Of a DNA stretch of 62,825 nt, positions 49,901 through 61,900 are shown piece after piece. The DNA is taken from the NCBI GenBank assembly GCA_903884815.1, contig CAISGE010000071.1, positions 1 to 62,825 of the forward strand. The letters run 5' to 3'. The notes below the pieces were generated by a model. It ran no database searches, was not told the DNA's origin, and saw only the letters and a list, made by a program, of their open reading frames with translations. The stretch comes from Candidatus Omnitrophota bacterium. Its GTDB lineage: Bacteria > Omnitrophota > Omnitrophia > Omnitrophales > Aquincolibacteriaceae. The translations under genes and the position numbers were made by a program. Each line of letters begins with the position of its first letter. The first letter of the stretch is position 1.

Positions 49901-52900
49901 CACGAACGGAAACAAGCTCGGGAACACGGTCACCAATCTCCCTCATGATCGTTTCGGCGTCACGCGTTTCCGCCCGGGTCATCCAGAAGGGAATTTCAGC
50001 AGCGATTTCTTGCGATGTGCTCGATTCATAATTCCTGACCTTCCGGAGCAAAGGCCTTACGAGATAATCATCCAAATACTGGACCTCGCCGTAAACCTCA
50101 GGTTTTCCTTTCAAAAATTTTTCTAAGCCAATAACCCCGGCAACCCGGACAATGGCCTTTGCAATTTTCCATTTGGTAGCAGGATCCAGGTGGACGTAAT
50201 TTGTCCCATCGCGCGGCAACACAAATAACACCTGTTGTATTTGCCGCTTCTCGGCCAATTGATTGACCAATACCCGGACCCGCGCTTCGGCGCGCCCTTG
50301 GAGTTCGCGATTTCCGATCCATTCTTCCCAACCGGCACGCACTCCTGCCAAGTGATAAGCAATCATTCGGGCTTCGCCGGTCGTGCGTATCACCTGTGGA
50401 AAAAAATGATCCCTAAAAGCCCCCCCGATCACTTCCACGGCCCCGGCAAAAATATAGACCCCAAAGGCAGGCAGGCCGATGCTAGAAACATAAAGGCAAA
50501 GAATGACCATCATGAAAAATCCCTGGGATGCCACTTCGGGATGGGCCCTGCCCATTTGGACCTGAGCGAACCACGCGCCGGCTGCGGCCGCCGCAAGAAC
50601 AAGTACCGGCTTGATAAAGGGAGCCGCCGCTACACTAAGTTTCCCCATAAAAATACCCGTCACCTTCGTCGCCATCCAGACACGCTCACCGAAGGAAGGA
50701 CTGCGAACTTCGGCACGAGGCTCGAATTTGCTGGTGACCGCCATGGTGCCCAAAACAGAGTCGTTCTCCGGAACTTTAATCATATCGAAAATACCGGCGC
50801 CCGTGGTGGGCTGGATACTCGCGACACCTTCGATGCCTGCTATCCCAATGGGCACCCATGCCGTCCTGCTCCCAAAAAGTTCGTCTTGCGTAACGCTCAG
50901 GATCTCTCCCGTTTTTTTATTATAGAAATACGCTGTAGAATTCCCGTCCGCGCCGAAGGTCAATCCCGTATAAAGCTGTTCGATGTATTGCTTAAGAGGA
51001 AGGCCCTGACTCAGGTCCTCGGAGGTGCCCGCAACATCCACGGTCTCAACGGTGGGCGCGTTCATCCCGTCGCTTGTCACAAGCCGGCGCTTTGAGGCTT
51101 CGGAAAAAACTTCCCAGTCCTGGATATTTTCAAGCAGGAAGAAGAAATGGAGACCGAAATTCAGAAAGATCGGATAAGGATTGTTATTGATGATCTTGAT
51201 CTCGGGAGTCACGCCCGAATCCCCAAGCTTATACGTAAGGATCAATTCGGCATCGCCTAAATGAAAATCTTCGGCCAGCAATTCCGGATAGTCTTTCGTC
51301 TTCAAATGGAAGGAGATCTGCGGAACCCCGTCGACGATCCGGATATCCGTGGCTTCGTCCGTCGTCCACTTCATCCGGGCAAAATAGCCGTGCAGTCCGT
51401 ATTCCTTATTCGGTCCGATCGGCCGCGTCAGCTTCGATCCGGTATCGATCTTGTAAGTCTTCCCCCGCGCTTCAAACTGAGCCGGACCGCGAGTGGTCCA
51501 GGGGCCCATCACCGCGGAGCCGCCACCGAAAGGAGCTCCCTCCGCGTCCAAAAGCTTTTCGCCCTTGCCTTTATGCCATATCCTCTGAACCCTGCTTCCA
51601 TCAGGTTGCTTCATCAAAAGCGAAATAAGATTCGCTCCGAGAGTTGTCGCCTCAGCTTCATGCCCCGCCGCGTTCGAGAGAAAATAAACAGGATGGCCGT
51701 CGATCATGACTCGATCCACACGGCTGCCGCTGTCGTCGGAAATCACCGTCTCCATCCCTTCAAAGAGGGAATCCTCTTCTCTACCAGTGAATCCCTTAGA
51801 TTTAGCGCCAAAGCGCCGAGCCACAGGCGGGATCCGACGGCCGTCGTCATCTACGACTTGCCGGATCCGGATCACGGGGATGATACTCCCCCCCGAAATT
51901 TTTGATTTAAAAGTCCCGGCCTCAAAAACCTGGAACCGGCTCGGTTTCGCGTCGCTCAAATGGCTGTTGATCATGGCCTCGATATCGGCAGGGACCGCCT
52001 GTCCAAAAAGGTTTATGCTCCTCTCGTCCGGGATCAGAGCAAGATCACGCAAGTCGTCGTCCTCCACTTCCACGGTCCGACTGAAACGCCGGATCCCGGC
52101 ATAGCCATCGATCTCGATAAGGACCTTTCTTGGCTCTAAGTCACTAAACTCTGCCCGTTGCACCGCCTGCAGAGCGATCTGGAGGGCCGCGGCATAAACG
52201 CTTTGTTTCGTCAAGTCCCGGGATTCGGAGCGAAACCTCTTCGCCAATTCCCCGGACCTCTTGGAAAAAGCCATGATATTTTTCTCCAATTGGTCTAGAT
52301 AGGCATCGAGGCCTCCCATCCTGTCTATGACGTGCCCGGCGATATTCAAGTCGCAACTCGTGGCGACAATAAAACCCCGTGTTCCCATGTCTCTAAAAAG
52401 CTTCTCGACTGCAGCAATCACCGCGGCTTCATCCTTCTCCGCCAATTCGCTTCCCGCTTCGGTATTGAGGTTTCCCATCAGGACGGGCCGCCTCGGCTCA
52501 CCGGCATGGATTGCTTCCAGATAATCATAGATTTCCGCGAGGTTCTCATAGACAGCATCGATGCTCAAAATGTCGAGGCCTTTGATTTTAGTGAACCGTT
52601 CCATGATTTGCTGATTCATGTCGCGGTCATGGCCGGGGCAGCACGGATGATAGCCGGACAAAGCGCCGAGGCCATGGAGCAACTCGGACAATCTGCCGAC
52701 AGGATCCACGCCGTACTTCTCGTAGGCGTCAAGATCGAATAATTTATTGTGAGCCAGTCCCGTTGCCGTCGGTTCCAGGTAGACAATGCCGTCCACATGC
52801 CCCTCCTTGACAAGATATTCCGACACCGCCGCGACGACATCCTCGGCGTATTTCATGACTTTCTGGAATTTGACAAAATCCTCGTCATGTTGATCTTCTT

Positions 52901-55900
52901 TTCCGTTGTACAATCCCATCGACATTTCATTGGAATCCATCAGCATCACGGCCAGAGACATCGGCGCGATCACTTTCGCGATGCGGGGTTCGCCGGGGCG
53001 TTGATCTTTCATGTCACTGAAAAATTCGGCAAGAGCTTTGATCCTGCCGTGTTCGAGCACGTCTTTGGCAGGAGCCAGATTATCCAGATCCGTAATGCCC
53101 GCTTGATCCAGGTAAAGAAGTTGGGAAGGGGCCAGGCTCAAGTCATCGTTGAATTCGGGCCGGAGATCCTTCTTGCCGTTGGCTTTCAAAATGGCTTCGT
53201 GGAGCATGTAAATGTCCATATTGCCCATCACGACTTCCATGCCGAAGTGGTCCGTGACCCAGTTGCGCATTTTGGCGTGGGCCTTCGGATCGGTGGCCAC
53301 CTGCTCAATCGTGAGTTTCTCTTTCGGATGGTGCTTGTTGTAGAGTGCCAGCGCTGCGTACCCGAAAATCGGCGAAAAAGCCCGTGTGTCCTTGAGATGG
53401 TCGAGCACCTCCCGCCGCAGAGCCAATAACTCCGCCTCATGCGAAAGCGCGGAGGTCCTTGTTTCTGACCGATGGAGACGGGAATCGGCCCATCCATGAA
53501 CCTTTCCTTCCGAGGCCTCTTCAGCCAGGACATCCTGGACCAATCGCGGGTATTGGCTCTGGATCTTAGAAACAAAATCACTGAAAGGAATCCCGGCCCG
53601 ACCCGCCTCGACCTCCATCCCCTCGATCACCTTAAGAGCCAGTTGGCTTTTCTTGGAAAAAGAATCGATCTCGGCGATTTCTTCGGTCGCTCTCCGGATC
53701 GCACTCCGGAAAAAATACGGCACGATCAGGAATGACAGGGCAAAAACAGCGCCCGCGGCGATCAGCAGACCGGAGGTCCACGCAGCCAAACCTCCGAATG
53801 TCACCGCGACCGCGCCGAGGCTCAAAACGATCGTGGTCACGACTCCCCATTTGCGTACCTTTGGCAACAAATGTTCCTGTCTGAATTTTTGTGTGCGAAA
53901 TACGTCCCGATGGGCTGCGGAGGTCTCCGCCAAATGCTCTCTCACCTCATCGAGACTAGAAACTCCGGCACGGACGACCTCGCGTGTGAGACCCCAGACC
54001 TCAGCATCATCAATGATCGCCAGGCGTTCCAACACCATGACCGCAAGTTCCGCGGCCGTTCTCGTCTCAGCCCGGCCAGAAGCAAGTGACCAATCATTGA
54101 GGTCATCGGAATACCAATCCAATCCCCGGGATTCCAAGAGAAAACGTACCGCCAGATTATCTCGCGCGGCTACTTTTAACACAAACTGCGCGGCCGCACG
54201 TAACAAGGGTTTAATGTTGCCAATCGCTTCCGCGAGCAACGCAGGAGCTGCTCCATACCCGATCTGGCTTAGCGCGGCAATGGTCAACAGCTGAAGAGAC
54301 AGATTTTCATCTTTCAACAGAAGAGGCGGATTTTCATCTTTCAACTGAAGAGGCAGATTTTCATCTTTCAACGCCTGGACCAGAAAAGGAATGGCGCTAT
54401 CGTCTCCGTAACGAAACGCTTTTAAAGCTTTCACGCGACGCGATAGGGCTCTCTTCGGCGACAGGGAATCCAATAATCCCGGTTGCATGGCCCCGATCGC
54501 TTTCATGACCCGGAAATACTGACGCAAAAAACCGCCGAAAAAGAATTTTCGGGCGGAGGGAATAGTGATGCCGCCTATGGCGAATGCAGCAAGGAGGATT
54601 GCGAACGTCAGACCTGGATTGGGAGTGACGAGCGCGGCGCCAAGCACGATCCCGGCAACGGTCCAACCGGCGAGCTTCTTGAAAAATCTCTGACGGTCAG
54701 CACGATCCACCTGCTCTTGAAACGCCCCGTGAACCAGGTCATAAACTGCGCCCTGAAACAGATGTATTGAGGCATAAGAAAACCGATCCCTGCTTTCTTT
54801 GGAAGCCTGCGCAAACGCGACCGCAAGCCCATGCCACTCTTTTTCCGCGGCACGGCGCGTTGCCTTGTCCACATCAGGAGCATCCATCACTTTGCGATAA
54901 TCCTGATAAGCAGCGACGACTAACGTCACGGCTTCCGCCGCGGAACGGTTGTCTCCTGCGCTTAAAAGTTCCGCCATACGCACGGCGGCGCTTTGCTGAT
55001 CCCGTGATTCCGAACGCCCGTACTTGTCGCGGATAGCCTTCGCAATAGTTTCATAACCTGGAGGGATTTCGCGCGTTTGGACGTGCACGCGATCGGCTTC
55101 TCGGACTTTCGCGAGGATCTCCAGCTTCGTGGCCCTCGTCCCGTTTAACCCTTCAAAAAAAGTCGATTTGCCAAGCCCCTTCTCAAGCGCTTTCAGAAAA
55201 GCGTAATAGTGTTCCTTCCGGGCTTCCGGGATCTTACTCACGACAGCCATCCAGACATCCTGGATCTTTTTAAGTTTCTTTTGATCGATCCTGTTGCCCT
55301 GCATGGCCAACCGCTGAAGGGAGCCAACAAACTTGGCCGGTGCCTGGGCCGCGACCGGAACAACTCTCCGCGCACCCGGGCGAACAGGTTGCGGCGCCGT
55401 ATTGGCAGCGGAAACTGACGGAGCCACAGCAGATACCTGGACAGGCGACGGGATTACGGGGCGAACCACCCCCAAAGTGGACTTCGGCGAGCTTGATGCC
55501 TTTTTAACTTCCGGGTCCTCATCCCCCCAGAGGTAGTACTTTAAATTATCCGTCCAATACTGATGCAGAGACTGTTCTTTGTCTGACATCCGGGAAGCGG
55601 GCGCCACAGACACTCTGGAAGCCGCCATCCGGGGAGCGAGTGCCGCCGATCCTCTGACATCTGCCATCCGGACTCCCGGTGCTCCCGCAGGCCGCGGGAC
55701 AGGATTCCTGTTCGGAACAACCGGTGTCGCAGTCTGCGCCTGAACAACCGGCGGTGCCGCCTGCGCAAAGGGAGGTCTGACAGCCTCCGCGGAAAAAGCG
55801 GCGCTTTGCGTTACGGGCGGTTGAACCGGAACCTCATGGGTAACAGCTACTTTCACCGGCTCTAGTTCGATCATGGATCTATCAACTATCGAGGCGATCT

Positions 55901-58900
55901 CCCGGTACCGACGTATCCTGAGCCGGACCTGCTGGTTGGGATCCAAACTCCACTTGTGATCCCGGGAAAGCGCCTCAAAAAATCCGGCAACCCACTCCGC
56001 GGGATCTTGGGAAAACGAAGCGCCCATCCGAGCCCAAAGGATCTTGTCTGCAGCGGGGCTCATGGCAAATGCGTTGACCTCCGGGTTCTGCCGCTGCCAC
56101 ACTTCCAGCCAGTCAGCGAGCCTTTCCATCAAATCTCCAAAACGATAAAATCCCTGGTATTCCTCGGGCGATCCCAGTTTCGTGAGCGCAGATTTATCCT
56201 GAAGCTCCACCCGCGTTTCATTGCGGCGATTTGTACCGGGGTTATCGTCATTCGGTGAAGGACGATCAAGAGCATCTGGGCCTTGTTCCCCGTGATGGAT
56301 CAATTCCTGCAGAGATTCCCACACGTGGGCGTAACTCGGATCATGCTCGATATCCTCCGGCCCGAATGCGCGCCACAGCGGGTAGAAAAGCGCCACGAAG
56401 GGCACGAGAATGAGCGTGCCAAAGAGCCCGGCAATGCCCCCCACAAGCACATCGAAAAGACCTTCCTGAGCCTGCCGGTATAGGTACCAGGAAAGAGCAA
56501 AGGTCCCTTTCACCGCGGCCTTCCATCCCTCAACAAACGGCTGGCGCGCCTCGGCGCGGGGGTTGGCAAGCGCTTCGAGGACGGCCTGCTTTGCATCCGT
56601 GAAAAAGGTGGAAAAATCGACAGGCCCCCCGTCATCGGAAGGAGCCAATCGAGCCTGCACATCCATCCAGGGAAACCGCACAGACGGCGAAAGGGAATCG
56701 AAATCCACGGCTGCCGTGATCTCTTCCGCGAGTCTCTCTGCGTCGAGCCCCGAGCCTTCGATAAGCGCAGCCGCGAACCCGTCTGCGCTAAGCTCCTGTT
56801 CTTGTTCTGCATCTTGTGTATCCATCGCCGCATCGTCCGCAGGAAGTTCCAAAATCGGAGAACCGGAAAGAGGAACATAGAACTGGAAGAAACTGCCGGT
56901 TTTGCCCCGGATGGTCAAAGAATTGAGGAAATATCCCGGGACGCGGATACCTTGGTTCCTAAGAGCCGCGATGCTCTGGGGGCGTGGCTGGACGAATTCC
57001 TTAGCCATCACGGATTTCAGAGCCGCTCCGAGGACGCCCGCGATAGGCCCCTGCAATTGATCGCCCGTCAGGATCTGCACGGCCAGCGGGCGGTCTTTGT
57101 CTGACCGGAATCGACGCATAAGCATATCTCTCAAAAATTCCCCGAAAAGCTTCTTTTTCCGCGAGCTTGAAAGAATCTCTTCCGCGCGATTGAGAAGCCC
57201 TGCGACGGTATCCCCTTCCCCTCTACCGATGGCGCTCTCGATATCGTCCTCCAGAAGAAGCAGTTCTCTGAGCACGTCTAGCTCCCCCGATTTGTAGGTG
57301 AAGGACTGAGTGTAGGGAAAAACATTCTCCAGGATCTGGCGAACTGTTTTTTCGATATCCGGACTTCCCCGCACCAGGACGGTTTCGCGGGGCAAGTCCC
57401 TGCCTTGGCCTGCCACGGTAGGTCCGGTCACTGCGGCATCCACTTCAACCTTCAGATTCTCTTGATCGGCCGAGATCTGTTGGATCGAAAGCCTGACCGC
57501 CAATTTATCACCGGACGGACTGACGCATTCGATGACCACAGATTCCGTGCGCACTTTCACCTGCTGCTGACGCACGACAGGTTTTCCAGGTCTCTTAACT
57601 TCAACTAGTTGGCCATCTTCCCCCCGGGTGTAATTGGCCGGCCGGAGATCCTGGATCTCCTGAATAGCGGGAACTTCTTTGATCTGATGGAGCACAATAT
57701 GTGGATTCCGGAGTTCCGGGGATTTCAGAATGCCTTTGGCGACGATCAACAGATTGTGATTCCGGATGCTCAGGGTCTCGAGCCAGCGCGCTACGGCGTG
57801 CCCGGCCGGGCCGAACCCGTCAGCAAAACGGTTCATAAAATCGTGGTGAGCATATACAGCGGGAGTGATCACCTTCCTGTAAAGGGGCAGTTTGGGCCGG
57901 TATCTTTTAAAGCCGTAATATAGGATCACACCCACGACGAGTGAAGCGAAACCGTAAGTTACGAGAACGATCGTCCACCGGGCGTATTGTGCCGACGGTT
58001 CCAGCCGCGCCGAGATGAACGCGTTAATCTTATACGCCGAAAAGAAAGGGGCCGCGGCAACAATAGCGATCCGTATGAGCCAATGGCCGGCCCATCTGAG
58101 GAGGACGAAAAGGTCCCTCACCAGCAGCCCGTGCGCCTTGAGCATCGTCACGAATCCGGGATTCCCTCCCCGGTCCTTCGTCCTCTTTTCCGCCCGGGTG
58201 CCAAAAAGCTTTGCGGGGTCGTCAGCGCCTTGAGTAAGATCTGATTTCCTCGCTTGGGAACGGCGTTTGAGAGAGAACGTCAGGGTTTTCGACATCCCAT
58301 CATCCTCATCCACGTAAGAATAACTGACAGCGATCGGAGCGCCATTGTCGTGAACTGCAGTCTCGTCGTGTTGAACGCCTTGTCCGAAGACCCAGATCAG
58401 TCCAGCGCCTGTATGTTTCGAGTCCATCGGGTTTGCCCATCGATCCGTGGGCATCGGAACTCGCTTGCCTGCCGGAACCTCTTCCTCGATCTTCTCTCCG
58501 CCTGGGAGCTTGATCATCAGAAGATTTTTTTTCGGATTGGCCGTCGCAAGGACCCCCGCGGTAGGACCCGAATCGCCGTATTTCAGATGGGCCAAAAGGC
58601 TGGGTTGTTTCGCCGCTTCCACAGCAAGTGGCACCTCGGAAGCCGGCTCAGAAACCTGACAGCTCACGAGCCCCAAAACTCCCGCCAGCATGATCGCCCC
58701 GAGGAAACCGCGAAGCTCGGCGCGGTTGGTTCTTTGCGTACCTGCAGGGACAAGTTCCAAGCCGCGGCGGTTGAACACACGCCCTAGCCCCCAAGTCGAC
58801 CTTTTTGCGACCTCCTCTTTGGTCATCACAAGACTACCTTTCAGTTGAGCAAGAGGCATTTCCCGGGTTGTAAAAGGGCCCCGAAGCTTGACAATATTGC

Positions 58901-61900
58901 CGCCGCCGGATATGAATCCCTCAAAGGTCCAAACGATTCCGTCGGATAATTTCACCTTATCCCCGGGTTGGGGCTGGATCGCCCTCCATGCCGTCGGTTG
59001 AGCCATAGGCTTCGCGCGGAGTTTGGGGCTGGCCGTGCTCATGGTATTCAGGTGACTCACTAGGGAATTAAAAAACTCAAAGGAGTCCGAGCCTTCATTC
59101 TGAACGATCCAGGCATCATGGAACTCACGGTAAAGACCGGCAGCAAAGGACGCGACGGCTCTGGGCTGGAACCCTCGGCTTTCCCAGAATTTCCGCGTTG
59201 CTAAGAGCGCGCTCTCGTTCCAGATCTGTTGAGGATCCGTTTGGGGGGTATATCCGGCAAGCATCGGTCTGAGGACCTTCAGCATATCTGCGGCCACTTC
59301 CCTCCGGTTCCTCATCTCCGCGCGGGTGATCGAGATTCTATCCTTACCATCAAGAGCAAGATCCACCTTATCCGGAGCGCCTGAAAAAACCGTGTCCTCA
59401 TCCAGGGTTCTTTGTCCATTAAAGGCCTTGCTGACCCTGTTGGCGAAGGGCACGATTGTTTGTTCCGAAGGCTTCCAGAAACTTCCGGGGATGGTGATCG
59501 CAACGACCTGACCGCTTGTTTTGGGGACAAAAAGAATTCCCTGAAGAACGGGTCTGCCGAGGTTGAATCCCAGCAGCCGGAAATGAGCCATCACAGCAAA
59601 TAATTCGTAGTTTATGCCGCTAACCTCTTTCCTGTTCAGAAACCAAGCCGCCCTTGTCACCTGCTCCGGAGTAGCGTTGATGCGGGTCAAACGCACTGAA
59701 GGGAAAGCCACCAAATAGGCCAGGTTCGCGGTGTCAGGCACCAGAGACGCCCACCACAAGGAACTCAAGTGATAGGAATCCTCGCCTAACGGCAGGTTGA
59801 GCCCCGCCTCGGTCGAGGTAGCATCAACGATCCTCTTCTTATGGATCCCTGCCCACCATGATCGCAGCTTGAAATTGGGATCTTTCCATGGCCCAAAAAA
59901 ACTGATGCCCGAAAAAATGACCCCCGTAAAAGCAGCCGCCACAAAAGGACTCGCGACAATCTCCAAACCCAGCGCGGCGGCTAAAACACCGGCTGCCGCG
60001 ACCACGGCGGTCATGAGCGCCAACCATGCGTCGGCCCGCGAAAAAAAAGACGCGAGAAATATCCCGAAAAAGATGACACCGGAAAGCGCGAGTGTCGCCG
60101 CGCCAACGGAAACAAGATTCAGAAAAAGCGAAGGGAAGAAAACCAGCGAGAATATACCGAGCGCCAGGGTCACTGCGGCAGAAATCGTGGTGAGCCTCTT
60201 CTCAAGGGCCTGGAAACGAAACGCTCTGTAGGCCTCTCGATAAGTCACGAACCCGGGATCATAACTGATTTGTTGAACTGTGGGAGCCTTTTGGAATGTC
60301 ACCCGTCTAACGCCTGAAGCCTTGCTGTAAATTGTAGCCCCATTGTCAGCCCACGATATAAGAAGGCCTTCCACGGAACGCCCTTCATCGGTCGTCCCAG
60401 CCACGTGGTACCAAACTCTCCGCTCCTCCTCCGCTGTCGCGGTTGGGACTGACTTGTAGTGATCCGCAGTAACCGCTGTCACCTCCACCCTCATCTCCGC
60501 ACGAGTTGTTATGTCATCGCTAACCTCGTCGAGTACCGCCGCTGGCCTTGCTGTGGGATACCGCTTCGGTACCAAGAGCGCGGCAAAAACGGTGACGACC
60601 AACGCCCCTAAGAGTGCTACATTCATGCCGAACCAAGTCGTGGAATGAAAGGGAGAGGTTACCGGATCGCCGAGTTCCAGCCGCGAGGTAAAATAGTGCC
60701 CGATCGGGAGAATAGCCCACGAGAGCATGGCCTGTTGCCAACCGGCCCCCAAAGACGCCCAATCGCGGACTCTCCATCCAAGATCCTTCCACATTGCACC
60801 AAAGGCGCGGCCCTCGGCGCGGCTCTTGAGCGTGTCGATCACGTTCTGCTTATATTGGTTGAAAAATTCCGCGGCGAATGCGGCGGGATCCAGGTCCCGG
60901 GATTTCGCCTCTTGAGCTAGCACATTCCTCCAACCCGGCATAATGTCGAAGGGCAGATCGTGAAAGGTGTCCGCTGCTTCAAGAACTTCCACGAGATAAT
61001 CCGGCCTTGCCTGCAGCGCCGTCATCAAACGACCCGCGAATCCCGCGATGTCTTCCGAGCCGATGCCTCCGTGTTTCAGTGTGTTTTGAACGCGCTCGCT
61101 TGACATGAACGGCCGGATCAATCTCGGCGTCAACGTGATCCCCTTTTCCGAACGAGTCCCGATCGGTTCGTCCATCAAATTTCCGGAACCGTCAATATTA
61201 TTAAAACACCTTCCGCTAAGCAATACCCCACCGCCTTTGTACGCGGTAAATCCGAGCGTCACGGAAGCCTGAGACTGCTCGGGATTCTGGATCACGACAT
61301 ATCTGAGAGCCGCGTGATGAGGAAGAACGGGAGAGGGCTGCTCTATCGTGATGAATTCAGGACGGATGCCCCATGACTGCTGGAGAAGGGTCTTAAGGTC
61401 CGCCGCCGCCTTGTTCAATTCCTGTGCCGGCGACCCCATCCATTCAAGGGGCGAGCTTGTGGAAGCACCCCGACCAGCACCCGTGGCTTGAGACTGGGGC
61501 AAAGAAGATACCCTCTTAACCGGTGAGAAAAATAAGCTAACCCACGTGCGAAGGGTCTTGCCCGGTTGTATCGTGACATCCATTGCTCCCGGAGGACCGG
61601 TTTGTGGTTCTAACCCGAGATAGTCCTTACCTTCCGGTGTCCAGAATGTTTGATTAAGGAAGACTTCGGGATCCGCAGCCATCAGGATCGAGTAATCAGA
61701 ACTATGAAGTATCCCGGAGGGTGTCCCGCTCGAAACCGGACGGGACTCATCCCATTGAGCGCCCTTAAGACCCTGTATGGAAAGCCACGACGGAGCCCCG
61801 GACCATTGATCACGGTTGGGCGTGTTGAAAACAAGATGCTCGCCGAAGCCGACCTTTTTCGCGATCGTTCCCGTATTCTCGATCTCATACTGGATCGCGA

